The notes: generated from the sequence alone by a model not told the origin. Shown: positions 21,878 to 33,882, counted from the stretch's first letter. The stretch: DNA of 64,000 nt from Candidatus Eiseniibacteriota bacterium (GCA_963744995.1 CAVUWA010000010.1:704001-768000), one strand, 5' to 3'. Program-made: numbers and translations.

Positions 21878-22738
21878 ATGATCTGGCGCTGCCGCGACCG
21901 GACGTTCGATCTCGACGGGCGGCCGCGGGTGATGGGCGTCCTCAACGTCACCCCGGACTCGTTCTCGGACGGTGGGCGCTACCTCGAGCCGCGCGCCGCG
22001 CTCCAGCACGCGCAGCGGATGATCGATGAAGGCGCCGACCTGATCGACGTCGGCGCCGAGAGCACGCGTCCCGGATCGGCACCGGTGCCGGCGGCGGAGC
22101 AGTGGCGCCGGCTCGAGCCCGTCCTCCGGGGTCTCGCCGCTCTGGAGGTCGCGGTTTCGGTGGACACCGCCAGCGCGGACGTCGCACGCCGCGCGCTGGC
22201 CGCGGGCGCCGACGTGATCAACGACGTCGCCGCGCTCGGCGACCCGGACATGGCGAAGGTCGTGGCCGACGCCGGCGCGGGCCTCGTGCTGATGCACATG
22301 CGCGGCACCCCCGCCACGATGCAGCAGAATCCGCGCTACGACGACGTCGTGGCCGAAGTCCGGGCCTGGCTCGCCGGTCGTGCCGCCGCGGCGCGGGCCG
22401 CCGGAATCGAAGCGGAGCGGATCGCTCTGGACCCGGGCATCGGCTTCGGCAAGACCCTCTCCCACAACCTGGCGCTGATCGCCGGACTTCCGGCCCTGCG
22501 TGCCGCCGGCCATCCGCTGCTGGTCGGCCTTTCGCGCAAGCGCTTCATCGGCGTGGTGCTGGACACGGGTATCGAGGGGCGCCTCGAAGGCGGCCTCGCC
22601 GCGGGCGCGGTCGCGGTCTACGCCGGCGCCGACATCCTGCGCACCCACGACGTGCAGGCGACGGTGCGTGCGGCGCGGATGGCCGCCGCGTTGCGCGCCC
22701 ACCGCCGCGAACGGGAGCCGAGCGACGCGCGCGCCTGA
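21878..22738 (+). CDS. folP: Dihydropteroate synthase
   Basis: MGVLNVTPDSFSDGG, GAESTRPG, DPGIGFGK, SRKRF and RTHDV. Confidence 0.97.
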   Translation: MIWRCRDRTFDLDGRPRVMGVLNVTPDSFSDGGRYLEPRAALQHAQRMIDEGADLIDVGAESTRPGSAPVPAAEQWRRLEPVLRGLAALEVAVSVDTASADVARRALAAGADVINDVAALGDPDMAKVVADAGAGLVLMHMRGTPATMQQNPRYDDVVAEVRAWLAGRAAAARAAGIEAERIALDPGIGFGKTLSHNLALIAGLPALRAAGHPLLVGLSRKRFIGVVLDTGIEGRLEGGLAAGAVAVYAGADILRTHDVQATVRAARMAAALRAHRREREPSDARA

Positions 22739-22876
22739 ACCCGCACCGCGGCCGGCCCCCGCGCGCCGCGCCGGCGGTGGGAAGCGGTGGAATCGGAGGC
22801 GTCCGGCATCGCGGGCGTAGGCGCGCGCGCGCGCATCTGGTATTTTTTTCGTCGTGAACCCCCACGAGCCCCGTCC

Positions 22877-23713
22877 ATGACACCCGTCCATCAGATCTGG
22901 CTCCTCGACCTGCTCGATATCCTGCTGGTCGCGGTGCTGGTCTACCGCCTGCTCATCCTGGTCAAGGGCACGCGGTCGGCGCAGATGTACGTCGGCCTGT
23001 TCGTGATCGTGGTCGTCGGGCTGGTCGCGCGCGAGCTCAACCTGATCGCCGTCGGGTGGATCGTCGACAGCCTGAAGACCGTCTGGCTGATCGCATTCGT
23101 GATCCTGTTCCAGCCGGAGCTCCGGCACGCGCTCGCTTCGATCGGGCGCACGCGCTACTTCCGCTCGTTCCTGCGCGGCGACAGCTTCTACGGCGTGCTC
23201 GGCGAGATCGTGCGCGCGGCCGAAACGCTCGCGCAGCGCCGCCACGGCGGCCTGATCGTGATCGAGCGCAACGTCGGCCTGCGCAACTTCGTCGAAACCG
23301 GTACGCGCATCGATGCGCGCATCACCGCCGAGCTGCTGGTGACGCTGTTCAGCCCCGGCTCGCCGCTCCACGACGGCGCGGTGATCCTGCACGAGGACAC
23401 GGTGATCGCGGCGTCGTGCATCCTGCCGCTCTCGACCAACCCGAACACCTCGATCGCGCTCGGCACCCGGCATCGGGCCGCGCTCGGACTGTCCGAGGAA
23501 TGCGACGCGGCGATCATCGTGGTCAGCGAGCAGACGGGCTCGATCTCGGTCGCGTTCCGCGGCGAGCTCAAGCAGGACCTCGACGAGGGCGAGTTGCGCA
23601 GCGAGCTGTCGCGGATCTTCCGCATCCGCGCCGAGGACGAACCGGTGCGCCAGGAGGTCCCGCCGACGCCGGTGGCGGACGACCCCGAGAGCGAGCACAA
23701 GGCCGCGGGCTGA
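22877..23713 (+). CDS. dacA: Diadenylate cyclase CdaA
   Basis: Three TMs, LFQPELR, PLHDGAV, GTRHRAA and VSEQTG. Confidence 0.93.
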   Translation: MTPVHQIWLLDLLDILLVAVLVYRLLILVKGTRSAQMYVGLFVIVVVGLVARELNLIAVGWIVDSLKTVWLIAFVILFQPELRHALASIGRTRYFRSFLRGDSFYGVLGEIVRAAETLAQRRHGGLIVIERNVGLRNFVETGTRIDARITAELLVTLFSPGSPLHDGAVILHEDTVIAASCILPLSTNPNTSIALGTRHRAALGLSEECDAAIIVVSEQTGSISVAFRGELKQDLDEGELRSELSRIFRIRAEDEPVRQEVPPTPVADDPESEHKAAG

Positions 23714-23740
23714 GCCGGGGCCGCGCCGGGCGCGGCTTTC

Positions 23741-23770
23741 TTGACTTTGCCGCCCTGTGCGCCCTACTTT
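23741..23770 (+). promoter_or_regulatory. Promoter of tRNA-tilS-hpt-ftsH
   Basis: TTGACT-18 bp-TACTTT. Confidence 0.5.
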
Positions 23771-23810
23771 CCCTCGCTCGCCTGCATGCCCTCGGGCACA
23801 CGATTTCGGG

Positions 23811-23887
23811 GGCGGAGTAGCTCAGCTGGTTAGAGCAGCGGAATCATAATCCGCGTGTCCGGGGTTCGAATCCCTGCTCCGCCACCA
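23811..23887 (+). tRNA. tRNA with CAT anticodon, most likely elongator tRNA-Met
   Basis: GGCGGAG/CTCCGCC acceptor stem, GCGGA-ATCATAA-TCCGC anticodon arm, GTTCGAATC and encoded CCA. Confidence 0.95.
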
Positions 23888-23894
23888 CATTCTC

Positions 23895-25007
23895 TTGCGA
23901 CCTCTCCCGCGTTTACGCCGAATCGAGCCGGTGCTGCGCCGCGCCCTGCGGGACGGCTGCGCCCCGCCGGCGGGCTCACGCCTGCTGGTGGCCGTAAGCG
24001 GCGGCGCCGATTCGACCGCGCTGCTCGTGGGCCTCCACCGGATCGCCGCCGAGTTCGGCCTCGCGATCGAGGCGGCGCACCTCCACCACCGCCTGCGCGG
24101 CCGCGAAGCGGATGCGGACCTCGCCGCGGTGCGCGCGCTGTGCGAACGGCTCGGCGTTCCCCTCACCGCCGCGCGCTGGAATACGCGCGCCCGCATGCGG
24201 CGCCGCGGGCTCGCCGGACAGAACGGGCTGCGCACGCTGCGCCGCGAATTCCTGGGCGCTGTCGCCCGCGCGCGCGGCTGCGTGCGGATCGCCACCGCGC
24301 ATACCGCGGACGATCAGCTGGAAACCCTGCTCATGCGCCTCGGGCGCGGCACCGGCGCCACCGGCCTTGCCGGCATCCGCCCGCGCACGGGGCGTTTCGT
24401 GCGCCCGCTGCTGCTCGCGCCCAGGGCCTGGATCGAGGCCGACCTCACGCGGGCCGGCATTCCGTGGCGCGAGGACGCGAGCAATGCCGACCCGCGCCAC
24501 ACCCGGAGCCGCGTCCGACATGCCGCGGTGCCGGCGCTGGTCCTTGCGGTCCGGCCCGGCGCGGGCGGCCGGGCCGCCCTCGCCCTCTCGGCCGCCCGCG
24601 CCATGGCCGCGGGCGGGGCGCGAGAAACCTTTGTCAGGGGCCGTGTTCGGCGCGCCCTTTCGCGCGTCTCCCGCATCCAACGGGGGGCGGTTGACCTCGA
24701 TTCGCGGAAGGTGGCACCATGGCCAAGTGCCTTGCGTCGCACGGCCTTACGTGAAGCGTGGCGGCGTATCGCCGGGCCCGGGATCGGGCTCACGAGCCGC
24801 CATCTCGACGCGCTCGAGCGGTTGCTGTGCGCGGCGGGGCCGGGCCGGAGAGTGGCGCTCCCCGACGGCGGGGAGGCGCTCCGTGCGCGCGATCACGTGC
24901 TGATCCTGCGCCACCGGGGCCGCGCGGCGGGCGAACGGGTGGAAACAACGTTTCGCCGGGGTGTTCCGGCGGCGCAGACTGGAGCAGCGGACCACACGGG
25001 CCGATGA
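23895..25007 (+). CDS. tilS: tRNA(Ile)-lysidine synthetase
   Basis: VAVSGGADS, TAHTADDQLET, RPLL and EDASN; upstream of hpt-ftsH; TTG start uncertain. Confidence 0.9.
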   Translation: MRPLPRLRRIEPVLRRALRDGCAPPAGSRLLVAVSGGADSTALLVGLHRIAAEFGLAIEAAHLHHRLRGREADADLAAVRALCERLGVPLTAARWNTRARMRRRGLAGQNGLRTLRREFLGAVARARGCVRIATAHTADDQLETLLMRLGRGTGATGLAGIRPRTGRFVRPLLLAPRAWIEADLTRAGIPWREDASNADPRHTRSRVRHAAVPALVLAVRPGAGGRAALALSAARAMAAGGARETFVRGRVRRALSRVSRIQRGAVDLDSRKVAPWPSALRRTALREAWRRIAGPGIGLTSRHLDALERLLCAAGPGRRVALPDGGEALRARDHVLILRHRGRAAGERVETTFRRGVPAAQTGAADHTGR

Positions 25008-25028
25008 CCCCCTGGGGTCGTCATCTCG

Positions 25029-25595
25029 ATGAGGAGTGACATGATCGAAAGTGCGTCGATGGCGAAGACCGAGCCCGATGTGCGCGTGCTGTTCAGCGCG
25101 GGCGAGATCGCGAAGCGGGTACAGGAGATGGGCCTCGAGATCGCGCGCGCGCTCGGCGACGACTCCCGACCGGTGTTCGTCAGCGTGCTGAAGGGCGCCT
25201 GCATGTTCCAGTGCGACCTCGCGCGCGCGACGCCGCTCGACGTGGAACTCGATTTCCTGGCGGTCGCCTCCTACGGCGCCGGCAAGACCTCGAGCGGCAA
25301 CGTCCGTCTGATCCACGACCTGCGCGCCGACATCGGCGGCCGTCACGTCGTCGTCTGCGAGGGGGTGGTGGACTCGGGGCTCACGCTCTCGTTCCTGCTC
25401 GACATGTTCCGCGTGCGCAATCCGCTGAGCCTCAGGGTCGCCACGCTGCTCGACAAGGCTCCGTGCCGCAAGATCCAGGTGCCGGTGGATTACGCCGGCT
25501 GGACGATCGGCAACGAATTCGTGGTCGGCTACGGCATGGACGCCGCCGAACGCTATCGCAATCTGCCCTACGTGGGCGTCCTCCAGGAGGCTTGA
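25029..25595 (+). CDS. hpt: Hypoxanthine phosphoribosyltransferase
   Basis: VLKGA, VVCEGVVDSGLTL, LLDK, FVVGYGMD and YRNLP. Confidence 0.93.
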   Translation: MRSDMIESASMAKTEPDVRVLFSAGEIAKRVQEMGLEIARALGDDSRPVFVSVLKGACMFQCDLARATPLDVELDFLAVASYGAGKTSSGNVRLIHDLRADIGGRHVVVCEGVVDSGLTLSFLLDMFRVRNPLSLRVATLLDKAPCRKIQVPVDYAGWTIGNEFVVGYGMDAAERYRNLPYVGVLQEA

Positions 25596-25598
25596 TCG

Positions 25599-27670
<2,072 letters not shown>

Positions 27671-27720
27671 CCTCGGGCTGCACCCGGGCGCGAATGTTCT
27701 GCGTCCGTCAGGAAACGACG

Positions 27721-27750
27721 CGCCGCCCCCTCCCGGGGGCGGCGTTCTTC
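27721..27750 (+). terminator. Intrinsic terminator after ftsH
   Basis: CGCCGCCCCC-TCCC-GGGGGCGGCG followed by TTCTTC. Confidence 0.7.
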
Positions 27751-27800
27751 GTGCTTTGACGAGCTTGTTGCAACTTTCGGGGCCGGCCGCGCGTCTAATC

Positions 27801-27934
27801 AGGTGTCACGTGAGGCAAGGCATGTGACAGCGACCTCCAAACCAGTCGCAGGAGTCTTCCAGGACGGGGTCCCGGACGGGCAAGCCGGGATCCCACGAGA
27901 AGAGCCCGGCCAGTGAGCCGGGCTTTCTCATTGT
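27801..27934 (+). ncRNA. Candidate small structured RNA
   Basis: Consecutive hairpins ending in the terminator-like GAGAAGAGCCCGGC...GCCGGGCTTTCTC. Confidence 0.35.
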
Positions 27935-28029
27935 GCGGCCGGGTCCAGGGAGGGACCCGGGTCGCGTCCTTCGGGCGAGGCCCCGGGGGTGGCTGCCCGG
28001 GCCGGACGATCCGCGGCCTCCCACGTCGC

Positions 28030-29133
28030 TCAGCCGGCCGGCTTCGCCCGCCCGTATGGCTTCGGCCACGGCACGTCGACGCCCAGTGTGCGCGCCGCAT
28101 GCAGCGGCCAGTAGGGATCGCGCAGCTCCTGCCGCGCCAGCAGCACCACGTCGGCCTCGCCGGCGCGCAGAATCGCGTCGGCCTGCGCGGGTTCGGTGAT
28201 GAGTCCCACCGCACCGGTCGCGATGCCACCCTCGCGCCGCACGCGGCGCGCGAACGGCACCTGGTAGCCCGGGCCGGCGGCGATCTTCTGCCAGGCCACG
28301 CCACCGCCGCTCGAGCAGTCGACGAGATCCGCGCCGGCTTCCTTCAGTCGCCGCGCGAGCCGCACGCTCTCATCGACGTCCCAGCCCCCCTCGGCCCAGT
28401 CGCTCGCCGAGATGCGCACCCACACCGGCAGGTCGGCCGGCCACGCGGCGCGCACGCGACGCGTCACCTCGACCACCAGTCGCGTGCGATTCTCGAACGA
28501 GCCGCCCCAGCGATCCTCGCGCGTGTTGATGAGCGGCGAGTAGAACTCATGGAGCAGGTAGCCGTGCGCGGCGTGCACCTCGACGATCTGAAACCCGGCC
28601 TCCCGCGCGCGGCGCGCGGCGGCGACGAATGCCGCCACCGCCAGCTCGATGTCCGCCTCGCTCATCGCGCGCGGCGTCGGATAGTTGTCGGCGAACGGCT
28701 CGCCGGTGGGCCCGAGCGGCGTCCAGCCGCCCTCCGCCGCCGGCACCGCCCCGCGACCGAGCCACGGCGCGCGGGTGCTGGCCTTGCGCCCGGCGTGCGC
28801 GAGCTGGATGCCCGGCAGCGCACCCTGCGCGGCCACGAAGGCGGCGATGCGCGCGAGCGGCGCCACGTGCTCGTCCTTCCAGAGCCCCATGTCGGCGGGC
28901 GAGATCCGCCCTGCGGCCGTCACGGCCGTGGCCTCGACCAGGACCGCGCCGGCGCCGCCCACCGCGCGGCTGCCGAGATGCACCAGGTGCCAGTCGGTGG
29001 CGAAACCGTCCTCGCACGAGTACTGGCACATCGGCGAAACCACGATGCGATTGCGGAGCGTGACGCCCCGCTGCGTGAGCGGGTCGAAGAGCGCGGCGGA
29101 AGCAGGCAGGGTCTCAGCGGAAGGCCGGTTCAT
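28030..29133 (-). CDS. NADH:flavin oxidoreductase (Old Yellow Enzyme, YqjM/NamA-type)
   Basis: NRIVVSPMCQYS, QLAHAGRKAS, HAAHGYLLHEF and LRDPYWP. Confidence 0.92.
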   Translation of the reverse strand: MNRPSAETLPASAALFDPLTQRGVTLRNRIVVSPMCQYSCEDGFATDWHLVHLGSRAVGGAGAVLVEATAVTAAGRISPADMGLWKDEHVAPLARIAAFVAAQGALPGIQLAHAGRKASTRAPWLGRGAVPAAEGGWTPLGPTGEPFADNYPTPRAMSEADIELAVAAFVAAARRAREAGFQIVEVHAAHGYLLHEFYSPLINTREDRWGGSFENRTRLVVEVTRRVRAAWPADLPVWVRISASDWAEGGWDVDESVRLARRLKEAGADLVDCSSGGGVAWQKIAAGPGYQVPFARRVRREGGIATGAVGLITEPAQADAILRAGEADVVLLARQELRDPYWPLHAARTLGVDVPWPKPYGRAKPAG

Positions 29134-29285
29134 GGGACCGCCACGCTAGGCGATCGCCCGGCAGCGGGCAATTCGAACACGATGGACCCGAAGACGTCCG
29201 TGACCCGCACGCGCCCGACGCATCGCCTGCCTGAACTGCGGCCCGCGGGGCCGTCCTCGCTGCGGGCGCCCGCGGCGCGCCGCGA

Positions 29286-31475
29286 TCAGCGCGACGCCTC
29301 CAGCGGCAGCGCGGCCTGCGCCCCGGCGGGCGTCTCGGCCTGCGGGCCCGTGAAGCTGCCGCCGCGATCGGCGAGCCGCGAGAGCAGCTTCGCCGGCGCG
29401 AAGCGCTCGCCGCGCTCGGCGCGATGCGCGTTCAGGCGCGCGACCACCTGCGGCAGGCCCAGCGCGTCGGCGTAGCGCAGCGGTCCGCCGCGGAACGGCG
29501 GGAAGCCGGTGCCGAACACCATGGCGAGATCCACGTCGTCCGCGTCGCGGGCAACGCCCTCCTCGAGGCAGCGTGCGGCCTCGTTCACCATCGCCAGCGC
29601 CATGCGCTCGGTGAGCGCGTCCGGGTTCTGCACCTTGCGCTCGCGCGCGAGCCCGAGCAGCTGCGCGAGCCGCGGCTCGGGCTCGCGCTTCTTCCCGCGG
29701 TAGACGTAGAAACCGCGGCCGTTCTTGCGGCCGAGACGCCCCGCGGCGATCAGCTTGTCGAGCGATGCGGACGGCGTCATGCGGTCCGGAAACGCGGCGC
29801 CGAGTACGCCGGACACCTTCTTCGCCACGTCGAGCCCGACCTCGTCGATCACCTGGAACGGACCCATCGGCATGCCGAAGCGCTTCATCGCGCGGTCGAG
29901 CTCGGCGAGCGGGTAGCCCTCTTCCAGCAGCACCATCGCCTCGCTCAGGTACGGCATCAGCACGCGGTTCACCACGAAGCCCGGGGCGTCGGCGACCACC
30001 ACCGGGGTCTTGCCGAGCCGACGCGCGAGCGCGACCGCGCTCGCCAGCGTCGTATCGGAGGTCTTCTTCCCGCGCACCACCTCGACCAGCGGCATGCGAT
30101 GCACGGGATTGAAGAAGTGGAACCCGCAGAAGCGCTCCGGCTTCTGCAGGCCGGCGGCGAGCGCGTCCACCGACAGCGAGGACGTGTTGGTGGCGAGGAT
30201 CGCCTCGGCGCGCATGCGCACTTCCAGCTCGGCGAACACCTTGCGCTTGACGTCGAGGTCTTCGACCACGGCCTCGACGGCGAAGTCGGCGCGCGCGAGC
30301 CCCGCCAGGTCGAGCGCCGGGTAGACACGCGCGAACTGCGTGTCGCGCGCGGATGCCGGGGTCCTGCGGCGGCGGCCGCGATCGTCGATCAGCTTGCGCA
30401 CGGTCTTGAGCGCGCCGGTCAGCGCCTCGGGCTTGACGTCGCGCATCCGCACCTCGATGCCGGTGCGGCTCGCGAGCTCGGCGATGCCGGCGCCCATGAT
30501 GCCGGTGCCGACCAGCACCATGCGATGGACCTCGGCGACCGGCGTGCCCGCGGGCGCGACGTCGTCCTTCTTCGCGCGCTCCTGGCTGCGGAAGATCCGC
30601 ACCAGGTTCTTGCACTCCGGGCTCACGACCAGGTCGCTCACCCAGTTGGCCTCGACCTCGAGGTTCCCTTCGACGGACAGCCCGAGCCCGGCCTCGATCA
30701 CCGACAGCACGCCGAGCGGCGCCGGGTAGTGGCCGCCGGTGCGTGCGCGCGTCATGGACTTCGCGCGGCTGAGCACGATCGCCCGCCCCGCCGCGGTGCC
30801 GTCGAGGAAGCGCGCACCCATGCCGCGCGGGCGGAAGCGGTCGCGGCGCCGCGCCGCGGGGCGCTTGGAGATCTCGGCGATCCGCCGCTCGGCATGGTCG
30901 ACGAGCCATGCCGCCGGCACCGCCTGTGCAATCAGGCCGATCTTCGCCGCGCGCCGCGCATCGAGCACGCGGCCGGTGAGGATCAGGTCGAGGGCGGTCG
31001 AGAGGCCCACGAGCCGCGGCAGCCGCGTCGTGCCGCCGAACCCGGGGAGGATGCCGAGCAGCACTTCCGGGAAGCCGATCTGCGTGCGCGGCTCTTCACT
31101 GGCGACGCGCGAGTCGCACGCGAGCGCCAGCTCCGTGCCTCCGCCCAGGCACACGCCGTCGATCGCCGCCACGGTCGGCACGGTCAGTGCCGCGAGCCGG
31201 CTGTAGGCGGCCTGGGCGCGCGTCACGATCGCATGCGCGACCTCGCGCTCGGTGATCGCGCCGATCGAGTCGACGTCGGCGCCGGCAATGAACGAGCCCG
31301 TCTTGCCGCTCCTGACGATCACGCCGGTGAGGTCGCCCGCGCCCTCGAGCGAGGCGAGCGCCTGTTCGAGGTCGGCGAGCGCCGCCTCGTCGATCACGTT
31401 GAGCTTGCGGGTCGGGTCGTCCATCACCAGATGGGCGATGCCCTTTTCCCCGCGTTCGACCCGGAAGATCGCCAT
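29286..31475 (-). CDS. fadJ: Multifunctional enoyl-CoA hydratase/3-hydroxyacyl-CoA dehydrogenase
   Basis: FIAGAD, CLGGGTE, PGFGGT, GTGIMGAG, ATNTSSL, HFFNP and GFPPFRGG. Confidence 0.9.
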   Translation of the reverse strand: MAIFRVERGEKGIAHLVMDDPTRKLNVIDEAALADLEQALASLEGAGDLTGVIVRSGKTGSFIAGADVDSIGAITEREVAHAIVTRAQAAYSRLAALTVPTVAAIDGVCLGGGTELALACDSRVASEEPRTQIGFPEVLLGILPGFGGTTRLPRLVGLSTALDLILTGRVLDARRAAKIGLIAQAVPAAWLVDHAERRIAEISKRPAARRRDRFRPRGMGARFLDGTAAGRAIVLSRAKSMTRARTGGHYPAPLGVLSVIEAGLGLSVEGNLEVEANWVSDLVVSPECKNLVRIFRSQERAKKDDVAPAGTPVAEVHRMVLVGTGIMGAGIAELASRTGIEVRMRDVKPEALTGALKTVRKLIDDRGRRRRTPASARDTQFARVYPALDLAGLARADFAVEAVVEDLDVKRKVFAELEVRMRAEAILATNTSSLSVDALAAGLQKPERFCGFHFFNPVHRMPLVEVVRGKKTSDTTLASAVALARRLGKTPVVVADAPGFVVNRVLMPYLSEAMVLLEEGYPLAELDRAMKRFGMPMGPFQVIDEVGLDVAKKVSGVLGAAFPDRMTPSASLDKLIAAGRLGRKNGRGFYVYRGKKREPEPRLAQLLGLARERKVQNPDALTERMALAMVNEAARCLEEGVARDADDVDLAMVFGTGFPPFRGGPLRYADALGLPQVVARLNAHRAERGERFAPAKLLSRLADRGGSFTGPQAETPAGAQAALPLEASR

Positions 31476-32758
31476 CAGTCGCGCTCCACGATGAATGCGG
31501 CGCCCTGGCCGCCGCCCACGCACAGGCTCGCCATACCACGCTTCAGCCCCCGGCGCCGCATCTCCATGAGCAGCGTCAGGATCAGCCGCGCGCCGCTCGC
31601 CCCGACCGGATGGCCGAGCGCGATCGCGCCGCCGTTCACGTTCAGCCGGTCGAGCGGGATCTCGCCCAGCGCCCCGTCACGGCCCAGCTCGGCGCGGGCG
31701 AACGCATCCGAGCGTGCCGCGTGGAGACAGGCCAGCACCTGCGCGGCGAATGCCTCGTTGATCTCGAACAGCTCCATGTCGTCGAGCGTCATGCCGGCGT
31801 GCTCGAGCGCGCGCGACATCGCGAACACCGGGCCGAGGCCCATCCGGGAGGGCGCAAGCCCCGCGAACGCGAACGCGCGCACCCGGCCGAGCGGCGGCAC
31901 GGGCCACTCCGAGGCCACCTGACCGCTCCCCACCAGCAGCGCCACCGCGCCGTCGGTCACCTGGCAGGCGTTGCCCACGGTCACGGTGCCGGTGCGGCGG
32001 TCGAAGTACGGCCTGAGCTTCCCGAGCGCCTCGATCGTCTGGTTGTCGCGCGGGCCGACGTCGTCGCGCACCATGTCGAAGCCGGGCGGCGGGAACACCG
32101 GCGCGATCTCTTCGCGCAGCCGCTCGCGCGCGGCGACCGCGCGCTGGTGGCTGCGCAGCGCGAATTCGTCCTGCTGTTCGCGGGTGACGTGGAACTCGCG
32201 CGCCAGCACCTCGGCGGTCTGCCCCATGTTGAGACCGCACGTCAGGTCGGTGAGCCCCTCCGCCAGCGCGATGCGCGGCGTGAGCATGCGCGGCCGGAAC
32301 CTGGCGAATGCACCCAGCCGCGCGAACGGCGACTTCGCGCGCCAGACGCCTTCCAGCCACTGCGCGTACTCGGCGGTGTAGTAGAGCGGGATCTGGCTCA
32401 TGGACTCCATCCCGCCCGCGAGCATCAGCCGCGCGTCGCCGGCGGCGATCCGGTAGCCGGCGTCGGCGACCGACTCCATCCCGGAAGCGCAGTTGCGATG
32501 CACGGTCGCGGCCGGCACCGGCAGCGGAATGCCGGCGCGGATCGCGGTCACCCGCGCCGAGTTCGCCGCCTCGGCCGGCATCGCGCAGTTGCCCATGATC
32601 ACCTCGTCGAGGTGCGCGGGATCCACTTCGGCGCGGGCGAGCAGCTCGCCCATCGCCACGCGGCCGAGCTCGTAGACCGGCACCGTGCGGAACGGGCCGC
32701 CCGCCTTCGCGAACGGCGTGCGCACGCCGTCGAGGATCCAGAACGGAGGCGTGCTCAC
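31475..32758 (-). CDS. fadI: 3-ketoacyl-CoA thiolase (FadI-type)
   Basis: RTPF, NCASG, EINEAFA, GHPVGASG and CVGGGQG; TGATG coupling to fadJ. Confidence 0.88.
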   Translation of the reverse strand: MSTPPFWILDGVRTPFAKAGGPFRTVPVYELGRVAMGELLARAEVDPAHLDEVIMGNCAMPAEAANSARVTAIRAGIPLPVPAATVHRNCASGMESVADAGYRIAAGDARLMLAGGMESMSQIPLYYTAEYAQWLEGVWRAKSPFARLGAFARFRPRMLTPRIALAEGLTDLTCGLNMGQTAEVLAREFHVTREQQDEFALRSHQRAVAARERLREEIAPVFPPPGFDMVRDDVGPRDNQTIEALGKLRPYFDRRTGTVTVGNACQVTDGAVALLVGSGQVASEWPVPPLGRVRAFAFAGLAPSRMGLGPVFAMSRALEHAGMTLDDMELFEINEAFAAQVLACLHAARSDAFARAELGRDGALGEIPLDRLNVNGGAIALGHPVGASGARLILTLLMEMRRRGLKRGMASLCVGGGQGAAFIVERD

Positions 32759-33627
32759 GTCTCGAGCCTCCGGAGCAGGGTGCGCGCGTCGTTCTGATAC
32801 ACCAGATCGCGCGGCCCGCTGGTGGGCGGCAGCGCGATGGCCTTTTCGAGCGCGGCGCGCGCTTCGGCGGCGCGGCCGAGCTCGGAGTACGTGCGGCCGA
32901 GCTCCAGCCAGAGCAGGACCACGGTGGGCGAGAGCTCCGCCGCGCGCCGGAAGTCGTGCACCGCATTGTCCATGGACGCGCCGCGCGGCATGCCGCCCAG
33001 GACCGTGTGCGCGGCGAGCTTCTCGAAGAAGCCGAGGCTCGACACTTCGCGGTTCCACATCCCGCGCACCAGATAGGCGAGCCCGTTGTCCGGCTCGAGC
33101 TCGATCGCCCGGTCCACCTCGGCCTTCACCTCGCGCGCGAGGGCGAGGCGGGTGCGCGGACCCTCGCGCAGCGCCTGCCGGCCGAGCGCGATGGCCAGCG
33201 TCAGGTGGCACTCGCCGACGTCGGGCCGCGCCGCCGTGGCCTCGCGCGAGTGCTCGACGGCCGACGCCACGAGCCGGCGCCGCGACTCGCCGTGGGCGTC
33301 CTCGCCCAGCTCCGACTCGGTCCGCGCGAGCTCGACCAGCACCTGATGATCGTGCGGCTCGGACTCGAGCACGCCGAGGTAGGCGACGCGGGCCGCTTCG
33401 AGCCGGCCCTGGTAGTAGAGCTCGAGCGCGTGGGCGTGGGCGGGCGAGGCGAGGTCGGAGGCGGCGATCGTGGCGGGCACCGCCGCCAGAAGAACGGCGG
33501 CGAGCCCGGCGACGAGCCGCCGGGCCCGGACGGGCAGGGCACGCCTGAAGCGCGCGGACGTGGCCCGCGCGGGGTCCGGACCGAGCCGGCGCGCGCAGGC
33601 GGCCGCAATCGTCGCGATCAATCGCAT
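32755..33627 (-). CDS. Exported TPR protein resembling RMDN1/RMDN3 (PTPIP51)
   Basis: Signal-like N-terminus; EG...LA..VK...DRAIEL.P....Y...G.W...V..L.F.EK..A..VLG..P..S...A...F..A..L.P pattern; GTGA overlap with the thiolase. Confidence 0.65.
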   Translation of the reverse strand: MRLIATIAAACARRLGPDPARATSARFRRALPVRARRLVAGLAAVLLAAVPATIAASDLASPAHAHALELYYQGRLEAARVAYLGVLESEPHDHQVLVELARTESELGEDAHGESRRRLVASAVEHSREATAARPDVGECHLTLAIALGRQALREGPRTRLALAREVKAEVDRAIELEPDNGLAYLVRGMWNREVSSLGFFEKLAAHTVLGGMPRGASMDNAVHDFRRAAELSPTVVLLWLELGRTYSELGRAAEARAALEKAIALPPTSGPRDLVYQNDARTLLRRLET

Positions 33628-33882
33628 CGGGTGCCGACCTCCATGACGGCTGCGAAGGGCGAAAGTCGGGGGCGACTGTCGCGCAGGGGGTGGGGGCTGT
33701 CAATGGGCCGGCGGGGGGGCTTCGGGCCGCGAGGCCCTCGCCAGCCGTCGCTCGCGGCCCACCCTCCGGCCGCGGGCCCGCGTCATCCGCGCTCCAGCCC
33801 CCCGCTGGCGGTTTCGGAACAGTCCGTGCTATCGCTTGCCGATAACGGGTCGACGACACTCCCTCTGACACCGGAGGTGCCC

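Noticed and set aside
23811..23900. tRNA as an integration site
   Set aside because: No integrase or duplicated tRNA 3' end seen; housekeeping genes on both sides
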